Source of the DNA: Eledone cirrhosa
Lineage: Eukaryota
Assembly (NCBI GenBank): GCA_964016885.1
Contig: OZ024745.1
Span: 123,690,001 to 123,754,000 of the forward strand
Reading direction: 5' to 3'
Length of the DNA stretch: 64,000 nucleotides
The stretch's first letter is position 1. Each line of letters opens with the position of its first letter. The position numbers and the translations under genes were made by a program. This document shows, piece after piece, positions 14,140 to 26,337 of this stretch. Under the pieces are notes generated by a model. The model was not told the origin of the DNA. It did no database searches and saw nothing but the letters and a program-made list of their open reading frames with translations.

Positions 14140-14628
14140 TCACAAAGACCTCTGTGTTGGTGACATGTTCATTCCAGTTAATGTTTAGTATGCCACACAG
14201 ATAGCAGTGGTGGAATCTCTCCAGGAGATGGGTGTGACAACGATACAAGACCCATATCTCAGAGCCATATAAGAGGGTGGTAAGAACTACAGCCATGTAG
14301 ATTCTGAGTTTTGTCTTTGTTTTGAGGTTATTGTTTCTCCACACCTTCTTGTTTAATCTCCCGAAGGCACTGTTGTCTTTGGCTAGTCTGTTGTCTTTGG
14401 CTAGTCTGTTGTCTTTGGCTAGTCTGTTGTCTTTGGCTAGTCTGTTGTCTTTGGCTAGTCTGTTGTCTTTGGCTAGTCTGTTGAAAAATTCCTTATCAAT
14501 TCTACTGTCAACAAAAATGTAACTCCCAAGATAGCAGAATTGCTGCACTCAACTTTGCCTGCTTGATGGGAAAGGTCTGGTGGATGGTATATATCTTGTG
14601 GAGCAGGTTGGTAGAGGACTTCAGTCTC
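14140..14628 (-). mobile_element. RTE (BovB-like) LINE RT C-terminal fragment abutting a truncated MITE (MITE end at 14055-14139)
   Basis: QQFCYLGS...AFGRLNKKVWRNNNLKTKTKLRIYMAVVLTTLLYGSEIW. Confidence 0.8.
14370..14483. repeat. 18-bp tandem repeat x6 (tgttgtctttggctagtc) inside a LINE
   Basis: Six near-perfect units, in frame as NRLAKD. Confidence 0.95.
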
Positions 14629-14749
14629 TACTTTTAAGATTTTCATCCCTATATTTCTATCTGTAATTGAGCTTGAATTTTGTCATACGCAATTTCTCTT
14701 CAAGTAATTCTATGTGTATGTTTTTCTCATATGTAATTAAAAATATATA

Positions 14750-15165
14750 TCATCATCATCGTTTTACGTCCATATCTCCACATATATGGCATGGGTTAGA
14801 CGTATTGTCCTGATGTAGGCAATGTTAGGTTAGGTGATCATGTCTTGCTCATACAGAAGTGATTTTGGCTCCGTTTCTAAGGCTGGATGCCCTTCCTAAC
14901 GCCAACCTCATTTACAGTGAGTGCTGGGTGCTCTTTGTCATGACTGCTACACAATCACTTTACAGTTGGATGTATGCACTTCAGCTTCGGCCTGTGCCCC
15001 TGATAAGTCAGGCCTTCTGTATTACTGCGTAACACCAGAGGTCTTGGTGCTGTGTCATCGCCTTTGAGATGTGCAATTGGGCAAGGTCAGCTTTTATCAC
15101 CTCATCCCATGTCTTCGTGGGTCTCCGCACTCCAAGGCTTCCATCGACTTTGACTGCTGTGCACC
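14750..15165 (-). mobile_element. Older RTE family A-like 3' end
   Basis: KVDGSLGVRRPTKTWDEVIKADLAQLHISK plus 3' UTR and (GAT)n tail similar to 21600-22255. Confidence 0.75.
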
Positions 15166-16619
15166 TTTTTATACATATATGAGTGTATAAATGTACATGC
15201 ATATATGTGTTTATGTGTATTTGATACAACCGTATAGTTACTTCCTACATGTTTTATACATATATATTTATGAAGCAAAAATGAGAATGACATAGGTATA
15301 ATCTCTAAGGGGAAGAAATAAAAAAAGAAAAACACCATTCTATTTTGTCAAATTCTAGAATCAAAATTATGTTGCCATAACTTATCATTTTATTTAAAAA
15401 AAATTTTAATTGGATTAGGCATGAATAAAGAACCATGCCCACACATTGCTCCTGTCTCTCTGAGACTAATGAGATCTATGTGGTTAATATTCCTCTTGAA
15501 TAGTTTCCAAATGAATGACTACAAGAAAATCTTGTGCAAGGCAGGAATTTTAGAAAGATGACATTCTGGAGAGGATGTATATTCGTGATTTTACTATGAT
15601 TCCTTATCAAGTTGCTTCATGTTCTGAATTCTAACCATTTCCTGGTTTAGCATTTCACACCTTTGTATATTTTTTGTTTGTCTTGGTTTTGTATTGTTTT
15701 TCCTGGACATTTAATGTTATTTCACTATTACAGTTAGTTTAGAGTGTATTAGTTGCCTGTATGTCACTGTTTTAGGTATATCCTGTTATGTATTTAGTCA
15801 GTTGTAACAGTTTTCCAATATCATTTCCTGCTTGAGCACAACCGTAAACCTAACGAGTATGGTTTTAATATTTGATACAATGTACGAGTTCTGATTCCTC
15901 TATTTGTTTCACTTCATCTATCTCCCTTAGTAAACAACTTTGTGTACGTATGTATGTGTGTGTGTGTGTGCATGTGCGCACGCGCATGTGTGTGTGTGTG
16001 TGTGTGTGTGTGTTTGTATAATGCTATTTGGAACATGTCAAATGCATTTGTGATGAAAATTTGAAAGAGAATTTTGAGTGCTGAGGAATTGGTAGAGACA
16101 TTAGGGAGAATGCCCTGTGGTATCTGTTATAGGTCTATGTGCTCTGAGTTCAAATCCTGCTGGTGTCTTTTGCTTTCCATCCTTTTGGGGGTCAGTGAAA
16201 TCAAGTACTCGTCTAAGATAGTAGATTTGTTAGAGTTTCTGATAAGATGCATAACACTATTTCTTTTGACAATCTCTATTCAAATCCTTCTGTTGCCTTC
16301 TAGGATCACCCCCAGGATTTGGGTGCCTTTAGCAAATTCCACTCTCTTTTAAGCATTTAAGCCCGAGAGAATTCCTTATTGAAATAGATATGCCTGAACC
16401 TTTTTAGTGAAATATCGATGAGGATGATGGGCGCAACTGGAAGATATTTGATCATATGTTTGCTTGATCAGAACTAACCTACAGAATAAAGAACAACAAT
16501 ACTAGCACTATTTTTTAACCCTTTCAATACCAAACTGCCCAAAATAGCCCCTATTTCTATAATGGATAGCTGTCTATTGTAAAGTGTTGATATTCATCTA
16601 AAACATTTCCATTATTATA

Positions 16620-16800
16620 TTGGCAGTATCGGTAGAGGGTCGGACGCCATGCTTCCCAGCATAGTTACGTCCCTTTACCATCTGAGTTCAAATCCCGCCG
16701 AGGTTGACTTTGCCTTTCATCCTTACGGGGTCGATAAAATAAAGTACCAGTAATGCACTGGTAATTGCTGGCCTTGTGCCTAAAGTAGAAACAATTATTA
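16620..16800 (+). mobile_element. tRNA-derived SINE family B
   Basis: tggcagtatcggtagagggtcggacgcc...gagttcaaatcccgccgagg...gaaacaattatta. Confidence 0.85.
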
Positions 16801-17129
16801 TATTGTATAATAAGCTGCGTTAAGGTATGCTCCAAACATCAGCTTTATAATGAAAAAGTTAATTATTTTTACTAAATTCCTCCAAAATTATTTGAAAATC
16901 TTAGACTGTCTTCCATTAGAAATATGATAACAAAAGGGTTGATTGCAATATGAATTGTCGCCATTTAGCTTCACCATTGTCAGTTTTTTGTTGACTTTTT
17001 CATCCTGGCATAGGTTAACCCTTTAATATTTAAACTGGCTATATTTGGCCAGAATTCTCTCACTCATACATACACACACACACATTAGTGAATGTTAATA
17101 GTTCCAAACAGGGATTACATTCCTTAATT

Positions 17130-17336
17130 CCCTTTAGCATTTAAACCGGCCGTATTTGGCCAGCATTCCCCCACTTCTTTCTGTTCAAACTGGCCATATC
17201 TGGCTGCTTATACTTACGCTAAGGTATTGTTCTCAAAATATATAATATCAAAATCTCATAGACTTGATATTATGTGAGGTAAAGCCTTTACCATGAAATA
17301 TAATAGTAAATATAGAGTAATGTAAATACTAAAGGG
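17130..17336 (-). mobile_element. piggyBac-type MITE
   Basis: ccctttagcatttaaaccggc...actaaaggg-TTAA. Confidence 0.8.
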
Positions 17337-17949
17337 TTAAATGGGAGTTTTTGAGGCTGTTTTATAGTCAGATCCGGTTCCTGGGACCAACCCATACAGC
17401 ACACTGGGATACAGTGTTCCTATTCTAAACCAGATATGTGTTCAGATATTCCCTGTCAGTAATGATACTCCATATCCTATGAGAAATGTTTTAGATATAA
17501 TAGCTTATAGATAACATTAGATATTTTTTGAGTAGAAGTATATATGAAACCTTTTATATCATTTTTCTTTCCATTTTGCATTATCTTCTTTGCAGATACT
17601 ACAATATCTTTGTTTTGTTATTTTTTAGTGCCTTGACAAAAGGATCTCTGTTGGCCAGATATGTTGGCAGATGTATGTGTGTATGTATGCATTTGTATGT
17701 ATGATGTGTGTGTCTGTGTGCTTGTATGTGTAGGAAGTGCTCATGCTATGGAGACAGTGATAGCGGAAGATCAGCGTAGTGTTCAATGCATGTTTAGGTG
17801 CAGAGTTAATAGAGTAATTAGGAAATTCCCAACACAGAGACACTCACTCACACATAAACACACTTATATGTGAATGTTAATATTTCCAAACGGCAAAAAT
17901 ATTCCTTAACTCTTTAACATTTAAACCGGCGGCGGCGGCGTATTTATTA

Positions 17950-18045
17950 AAATAACAGATTAAAGTTTAAGCGAAGAATCGCTGCTTTCACCCATAACAG
18001 GATCTTCTGAAACTCCTTATCGAGCCCTCTTCGGATGTTAGTCTT
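17950..18045 (-). ncRNA. Possible degenerate hammerhead motif in a short Penelope-type remnant
   Basis: Minus strand CCGAAGA...imperfect stem...GAAAGC next to a (TA)n tract; stems I and III are ambiguous. Confidence 0.3.
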
Positions 18046-18063
18046 CACATTTATTATTCTTAC

Positions 18064-18103
<40 letters not shown>

Positions 18104-18147
18104 TATATATATACACACACATACATAGACACACACATATATATATA

Positions 18148-18558
18148 TTAGGATTGGTGCTCTGAAATAGCGATGTACATCGCTATTTCTTATAGAATTC
18201 CAGTAATAATCAGGAACTGATTATACAGAGCGATTGCCGGTCCAGCAATGTAGCGATGTACATCGCTATTTCAGAGCACCAATCCTAATTTCTAATTTTT
18301 GCTGGACCGGCAATCGCTCTGTATAATCAGTTCCTGATTATTACTGGAATTCTATAAGAATCCAGCCTCTATAATTTTCGGAAAAGGCGGGGAGTACGAT
18401 GCTCTGAGGATCGCCAACAGTGTGAAACAGAATCTGTCAACTTCTCTCCCTTCTTTTACCGAAAAAAGAAGCAAGTGATATAGTCACTATTTAAAAAATG
18501 ATAGCGCAAGGTCTTCAAAATGTTTTTAATTAAACATACGGCATATTGCCAAATATAC
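18148..18558 (+). mobile_element. Short Penelope-type element with interleaved inverted repeats and a hammerhead motif
   Basis: Bounded by (TA)n on both sides; A-B-A'-B' inverted structure at 18148-18360 followed by a hammerhead motif. Confidence 0.6.
18389..18446 (+). ncRNA. Minimal type I hammerhead ribozyme motif
   Basis: CTGAGGA (18404-18410), short stem II cgc/gtg, GAAAC (18424), stem III ACAG/CTGT, GTC site (18436-18438), stem I ggggagt/acttctc offset by a bulge. Confidence 0.65.
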
Positions 18559-18794
18559 TATATATATATATATAAGGGATAACAAAATATCGTTATAGGT
18601 AATTCAGTTAGAGGTTGTGAATACTTCATATTATGGATGGTTTTAATGTACGGTATGGTTTGACTCAACAAGGGGCTTACGTAGGTGGCGAAGTTATGAT
18701 TTCACTTGTATTCCTATGTAAGTTTATCTTGGAGTAATAAAATTGATAAAGTGACGAATAACATGGTCAGCAGTACAAAAAAGGGTTTTATTTA

Positions 18795-18907
18795 CAGTCT
18801 GACAATTGTTTCACTGATTAAGTTGTCTAAAAATTGCTGAACACTTGAAGCAGTGCCACTCAATTTCAAATACGTTGTTAGCTTAACCAGATCATCGGAG
18901 ATAACTG
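18795..18907 (-). ncRNA. Hammerhead ribozyme motif in the Penelope pseudo-LTR (C4 core variant)
   Basis: Minus strand CCGATGA, 9-bp stem II ctggttaag/cttaatcag with a long loop, GAAAC-AATT-GTC with palindromic stem III, stem I cagt..ct/agactg. Confidence 0.65.
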
Positions 18908-19603
18908 TTATATGTCCGGTAATTTTACAAATTCAAATTACAGCATCATTAATAATATTAATAATAAAGATATAGAGAGAAAAAAGAAAGAGAGATAGAG
19001 AAAAGAAAAAGGAGAAAAGAAAACATAGAAATATATAGGGAGAGAAAAGGATAAAGAAGAAATAAAGGTAAAGAAAAATAAAGGGAAAATAATGATATCA
19101 ACAATAGATGAATAAATGCTAATAAATAAGTGTTAATAAACAAGTTACATCGAGGATGATACAAAACAATACAAAATATGAAAATAAATAAAGAAAAAAT
19201 GTTTATATGTGCGAAGTAAAGTAAACATAGTAAGATTATTGAGAGTAGTTAAAATATAGAGATACGAAGGTATAAATATGAAAATGTTAAATATATTTAT
19301 GTGTGTACTGGTTATTTTAATAAATTAATTATATAATTAATTAATTATTTGATTAATTAGTTGTAAGTTATATTAGACGTGAAAATAATATGATGAGATA
19401 AAATAAGATAAAATGCCAGAGATGAAATAAATTTAGGGAGAGAAATAGAAAGATAGAAAGTGAAAGATAGAGATATATAAAATATAAGAGGTTATGATGT
19501 TGGTTCATGGATAGATGATGACAATTATAATAATAATTATGATAATAGGATATTATAATGGATCTAAGTGGTACAATTTGAGTTATGGAATAGATGGGAT
19601 GAA

Positions 19604-20308
19604 TTAAGCTGGTCTAAAGTTCTCAAATTTGGTCGCCATTTTATGCCTACAGAAAATAGTTCTTTCAATTTTGCTGTTAAGTAGCATTTTGTTGTATTTC
19701 AAAATTTGCAAAAGTTCCATAATACAAAGACCACAGTGGGTCATGCCAATTCTATAGGCTATTGCCGCTGATAACTTCGTCCAGCTGATTTTGTATTCCA
19801 GGTTTGCATCTCTGAGTTGCCAGATTTTATTGGCGAGTGTTGTTGTATTCATGAGCTTCCTGTTATTCATAGAGTGTCTGTGGACATACCACCTTTTCTT
19901 GAACTCCCCCGCTGCGGAACCTATGTAGTGCCATGCTAAGCTGCCGGAATTTATAGTACATAGGTGCACTATATTTGACTCCAGGCATTGATATCGTAAT
20001 GGGCATTTATCAGGTAGATGACAGTTACATTTAGATGCCTTCCTATGTGCTGGTTCCTCAATATGGTTTTGTATGTTGTTATGTATGGGCTGAGAATTGG
20101 GTTTATTGATGTATTGTGGTGATTTGTTCTGACGTGTGTTTGATTGTGATGCTGTTATGTGCTTGCGTTTTATATTTGGTGTTATGGTACTTGTTTGCGG
20201 GCTACTTGTATTATAAATTCTCTTATAGTTAATTTTATGTATGTGCGATTCTATATTGTTGGCAGTGGAGTATGATAGTTTGATAGTTTTTCTATTAAAG
20301 ATTTTATG
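19604..20308 (-). pseudogene. Penelope-like ORF C-terminus: linker, Cys motif and GIY-YIG endonuclease
   Basis: HKIFNRKTIKLSYST...CNCHLPDKCPLRYQCLESNIV...YIGSAAGEFKKRWYVH...TLANKIW...CGLC...LLNSKIERTIFCRH; 5'-truncated. Confidence 0.88.
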
Positions 20309-20649
20309 ATCTGGTTAAGCTAACAACATATTTGAAATTGAGTGGCACTGCTTCAAGTGTTCAGCAATTTTTAGACAACTTAATCAGTGAAACAATTGTT
20401 AGACTGTAAATAAAACCCTTTTTTGTACTGTTGACTATGTTATTTTTCACTTTTTCAATTTTATATATATATATACATTAATAAAAGGAAAAGAATGACT
20501 TCATTTGTAGTGTTAAATAATTTGATTTAATTTTATAATTTTTCCATGGGTTCGAAAAGTCTTTTCCCGCAGAACATCAATATTTTCCTTTTTTTTCAAA
20601 TATACCTAACTGTACCAAGGATCTCATAAATTTTCCAATATATATATAT

Positions 20650-22255
20650 GTTAGAATTAACAACGAATATAGTGAAGAGTTTAGTGTAAAAGTTGGTGTT
20701 CATCAGGGCTCCGTTCTTAGCCCCCTACTATTTATTATTGCCCTTCAGGCTATAACAGAGGAGTTCAAGACCGGCTGCCCATGGGAACTCCTATATGCAG
20801 ATGATCTAATGCTCATAGCTGAATCAATGGCTGAACTAGAGAAGAAATTCCAAACATGGAAGCATGGCCTAGAATCAAAAGGCCTTAAAGTTAACTTGTC
20901 TAAGACTAAATTTCTAGTTTGTAGGAAGGAAAATAGGGCACCGGTCCCATCTGGGAAATGGCCATGGTCAGTGTGTAGGAAAGGAGTAGGCAGAAACTCC
21001 ATTTTATATCCCAAATGCAAAGTATGGGTGCATAAAAGATGTAGTGGGATCACAAGTAAGCTAACTAAGAATATAGATTTTATATGTGGCTGGTGCTCTG
21101 GTGCAATAAGTAGCAGCAAGTGCCCACAGAATACTAGCTCATTCCATTGCAAAGATGGTTCTATAGAAATAGTGGACACCTTCCGTTACCTGGGTGACAA
21201 AATCAGCAGTGCGGGAGGGTGCTCTGAAAGTACAGTAGCTAGAGTCAGAACGGGATGGAAAAAGTTCAGAGAGCTTATACCACTATTGGCCGCTAAAAGG
21301 TTCTCTCTAAAATTGAAAGGCAGGCTGTATGATGCCTGCATACGAAGAGCAATGTTACATGGCAGTGAGACCTGGGCATTGTGTGCAGAGGATATACGCA
21401 GACTGGAGAGAAATGAAGCTTGCATGCTCCGCTGGATGTGTAATAGTAATATACATGAACGGCAAAGCATAAACGAACTAAGGGAGAAATTAGGAATAAG
21501 AGGGATCAGATGCTGTTTACTCGAGAGAAGACTACGTTGGTACGGTCACGTGATGCGCATGAAAGACGACAGCTCTATAAAAAAGTGCAGGACAATAAAA
21601 ATAGACGGTAGCCACGGTGTAGGCAGACCCAGAAAACCTGGGACGACTTGATAAATTCCGACCTCACCCACTTACACCTCTCCAAGACAATGTCACTGGA
21701 CCGAGATCTTTGGCGCTACACAGTCATACAGAAGACCTGCCTTGCCTAAGTACAAAGCGAAACCTACAGTCAGTAAGCGCCTCTAACAAAATACACCCCT
21801 GTCCCACTACCCCCACCCCATCCTTAAATGTGAAGTTATGTTGGTACCACAACATCCAGTCCGAAACAAATGAGGTCGTGTAGGTGTCACGACAAAAAAA
21901 CACAGTCCACGCTGTAATGTGGCCATGTAGGTAACACGGTAAAAACCTCCCAGTCTACACTGTAAACGTGGTTGGTGTTGGGAAGGGCACCCAGCCGTAG
22001 AAAACCCGCCAGACGTGTAGGTGTCACGACAAAAAAACACACAGTCCACGCTGTAATGTGGCCGTGTAGGTAACACGGTAAAAACCTACTAGTCCACACT
22101 GTAAACGTGGTTGGTGTTAGGAAGGGCATCCAGCTGTAGAAAACCCGCCAGACAGTCCTATACGAGCAGGACAACAAATCTGGCCTCAAGTGGGAAAACT
22201 CCCGTCCAAACCCATGCAAGCGTGGAAGATGGACGTTAAACGATGATGATGATGA
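20650..22255 (+). mobile_element. RTE-clade LINE family A, 5'-truncated (RT C-terminal half, 3' UTR, (GAT)n tail)
   Basis: GVHQGSVLSPLLF, LYADDL, FRYLG, RLRWYGHVMR, GRPRK; frameshift near 21635; inserted in (TA)n. Confidence 0.95.
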
Positions 22256-24988
22256 TATATATATATATTAAAATGTTGAGATACAATTTCATCCATCCAA
22301 AATCTTGATTTCTCTATATGACTTCTGGCAGTGGCAAGACATTTTGTCCAATGCTTATGAAAAATTGATTATATAACAATGTTGGTTTCCTCAGACCATG
22401 ATTTTTCACTTAACTGCATTACACAACTATTAGTTAAGTGCTGATTATATTATTTCTCCCAATGATGTATTTGGTTAAAAGTTTTTACTTAGTGATATTC
22501 AGAGGAACAGAAGTTTTAATCAAATATATTATAGAGAGAAATAATATAATAAGCCTTTTCTAAACATATCTGCTCAAAGCTACATTAAACTCTTCAATGA
22601 AACACTTTATTATACTAATGACAATGTCTGATTTCAATGGGTAAATTTTGACATTTATTAACTTGAGTTTCAAAAACCTCTATGAGTATGATAACACTAA
22701 CAATTTAATTCAGAAATATGTGGAATATCTTTCTTTTTAACAACTTTACATTAAGTTTCACAGTAAGTATTTTAAACTGGGATTATAACACAGCTACAGT
22801 TTATGCTGATACTGTGATATAATTGCAGCTTGAAATACTAATACTCATAAACCTGACTAAATGCATATTTATTTATACATAAGTATAGTATATATGGATC
22901 TATATATGCTTTTGTAATAATTGTATTTTGAGAACTAACTGAACAACCAGGCTGTCTATTCCTGTTATAAATAAGATTTCAAATGTGTTAATGTACAGAC
23001 ATTATATGTATATCTATCCTCTTATAGAGCCTTTACTAAATTACTTACCTAATCTTTCTTCCACAGAACTACATCAATCTGAAAATCTCTTTTAAATACT
23101 AACTGAAACATTAGGTGAACTAATCTCACTCAGTCTTTTTTAATACTTCATGACAATATTTAGATAGGACTATGGCCCTATTAACAAAATGCTGCAGAAA
23201 CCTTCTATGAGATGCAACCCAACAGTAGATTGGCTAAACCTACATAGGTATGAGGCATAGCTACAACGAAATTGTTATAATACTCTGGTTAATATGTATT
23301 GAACACATTCATGGCAGTATTTCTAATTTAATATACTGTCTATGAGGTTTCAATTCATTTAGAAAACAATCGAGGATTTGGAAAGATTTCATGAAATAAC
23401 CTGATAAATTTTAAAGCTGATCGTTGAAGTAATCTTCAACAGAAACATTTCTCTCATAAAATTGTGATGGCAGTAAATTGAAATGTGAACACTTTAAGAT
23501 GAGATGTTTTGGATAATATAGAAGAATCAGTCTCAGGTGGGTTGCTATCAATCCACATTTTGAAGTGGACTTCAGATATTGCGACAGAGTTCTGAACTAT
23601 TTGTAACAAGTATTTACATAGAAAGTTAACATAGTTTCCATTTTAACAAGAGAAAAACCTTCTACATAAATAGAATCATTTTTTATTGTCTAATTATCAA
23701 ATAATGGCAAGGGATAGACAAATGTAACAATAAATTAATGTAGTTTATAGCCATACATTAATGTAATTATTTACAAGAAGGATCAAAGAATGTTCTATGT
23801 GATGATATTACAAGTAAATATGTGGTAGAGAGAAGTGAGGAGTGACATCACACATCTTGCTTTTAAAATAATGTAAATATTAGTAGTTACACTTCTTCGA
23901 ATTCCTAATAGATTTTTTAAAGCAACTCAGTGTCTATTCTTCAAGCTATCTCAGCAACAGTAGGATATTGAAGTTGTTAATAGATACATGTCCTATTATT
24001 ACAAAAGCTACTATCAGTCAGAATGTAGATTCATGCAATGAAATGAATACTTAGGAAAAAGAAGAAAAAGTTTATGATAATGCAAATAATAATAATAAAA
24101 AAAAAAATTTGACAAGCAGGATAAAATGGAAGCCGATTCCTAATGATGGTGGTGGAGTAAGAAGTATTGTTAAATACTCAGATACAACAAAACAACACCT
24201 TGAGTGAGTGTATTTTGTGTATCTGTCAGTGGAGCGGGGTTTGCCTAGCACTGTTAACATAATGGTTTGACGTGGCTAAATTAGCACAAACACTGCATCC
24301 ATAAAAATATTGTTGTCATTTCCACTTATACTGAATGCAGCTATTTCAATCCCAGTCTAAGAATTAGAGATTTTATTATAATCTTAGAAGGGATACAGAT
24401 ATTTAATCCGTTAGAATGGCTGCCTTAATGGAGTCTATCTATTTAAGATATATCTTTTATCAAGTGATATATAGTGTTTTTAAAAGTAAGGAAATCATAT
24501 TCTTTAAGAACTTTCCTTCTGCACATAGAGCTTTTTACATAACATTCGAACTGCCTCAGTCTGTGTATTAGTCTGTGTTGGCTTTATCAGATTGCTCTTA
24601 TTCTTTTTTTTTGTTCTGTTTTGACTTTTCTTTATTTTTTCTTCTTACTCTTGTCTTCTTTTGTCTTTTTTTTTTTTTTTTTTTTTTACATTTTTCCTAT
24701 TCTTTCATTTGCTAAGCTATCAACTTTTCACCATCATATTTAACATAAGCAATAAGCTAAAGATAATGTATCAGAAAAAATTTGTAACAACAATTTTAAA
24801 AAAGAGAAATAAATGTTTTAGTAAGATATAATGTTTACTTGTAATGTGGGGGTTCTCATTGTCAATGGAAGTTAACATTTGTCATCATATGTTAAATATG
24901 TAGTTTCTTTTTTCTGTGCTTACAAACACATGCACATATTCTAAAGGACACCTAGAGTGCAATTACAACATGTTAGATTGTTGAAATA

Positions 24989-25019
<31 letters not shown>

Positions 25020-25326
25020 TGTCATCATCATTCCAATTTAAATACCAACCTTTCCATGCTGGTATGGGCTAGATGAGAGATTTTTTGAGGCAATATTATG
25101 AACAGAATGCACTTATTCAAAAGGCATCATCATCATCACTGCTTCACCTCCATTTTTGCATGCTAGCATGGGTTACTAGTGTGTAATTACTAAAACTGCC
25201 TCAAGTAACCCATGCCAGCATGGAAAGGCAGACGTAAGAAAAATTAAGATGTTGCAGTTGATGACATGTATATCATCATCATTTTTATGTCCAACTTCTC
25301 ATGGTAGTCTGGGTTAGACATATATG

Positions 25327-25382
<56 letters not shown>

Positions 25383-25545
25383 CATTATCATCATTTTATT
25401 TTCTTGTGTACATACATGCAAAAGGCTTCCTCACTGGTTCTGTCAATGAAATTCACTCAGAAGTGATTGGTCAGCTTCAGGCTAATGTGGAAGATGTTGG
25501 CCCAAATTGCCATAAAAACCACATGGTTTTGAAATGAATGTTTAA

Positions 25546-25762
25546 CCTTTTAGCATTTACATTACTCTATATAAATTATTATGTTTGTGGTATAGGCTTT
25601 ACCTCACATAATTATCTCACATAATATTGAATCTGAGATTTTGATATTATTTATTTTGAGAACAATACCTTAATATCAGTATGAGTGGCTAGTTATGAAT
25701 GGTTTGAACAGAAAGAGGTGAGAGAGTTCTGGCCAGATATGGCCGGTTTAAATGCTAAATGG
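25546..25762 (+). mobile_element. piggyBac-type MITE
   Basis: TTAA flanks and family terminal inverted repeats. Confidence 0.85.
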
Positions 25763-25960
25763 TTAAGCACATAGCTAGGCCTGTTGCTTTATATAGACAA
25801 GTGTGCATATTTCTATATATTTATGTGTCTTTAGAAGAATATTGTGGTTTGCTCGAAGTGATGCCAAGTGCCTGTATATCCTGTAAATTGTTAGAACTAA
25901 TATTGTTTACCACTTTAAAAAAGGGGCCAGTAAATTTGGCCAAAGGGCAATGTTGATTAA

Positions 25961-26137
25961 CCCTTTAGCATTTACATTACTTTATATTTACTATTGAATT
26001 TTCACGGTAAACACTTTATTTCACATAATTATCTCCCACAGTATCAAAGCTACGAGATTTTGATTGGTTTTGGCTAGTTTGAACAGAAAGAGGTGAGAGA
26101 ATTCTGGCTGGATATGGCCGGTTTAAATGCTAAAGGA
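25961..26137 (+). mobile_element. piggyBac-type MITE with internal deletion
   Basis: TTAA-ccctttagcatttac...aatgctaaagga-TTAA. Confidence 0.85.
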
Positions 26138-26337
26138 TTAAATCAACATGAGTACTCAAATGATGCTTTATTTTATTGATACTGGAAGGATAAAAGTCAA
26201 AGTTGACAGTGGCAGGATTTGAATGCAAAGAGCCAGAACAAATACCACAATGGTATTTTGTCCAACAATTTACCAGTTCTGCCTACTTCGCAATTCCTTA
26301 GCTGTAACTTTTATGTAGCATTATGTCCAACTAGCAT

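Larger units (their letters stand above)
18575..20464 (-). mobile_element. 5'-truncated Penelope-like retroelement with inverted pseudo-LTR
   Basis: GIY-YIG ORF end plus AT-rich 3' region; 18737-18895 is repeated inverted at 20306-20464; (TA)n on both flanks. Confidence 0.88.

Noticed and set aside
20477-20640. Hammerhead in the TA-flanked 165-bp segment
   Set aside because: Only a very degenerate core (ttgatgt...gaaa) on the minus strand; stems I and III are not supported
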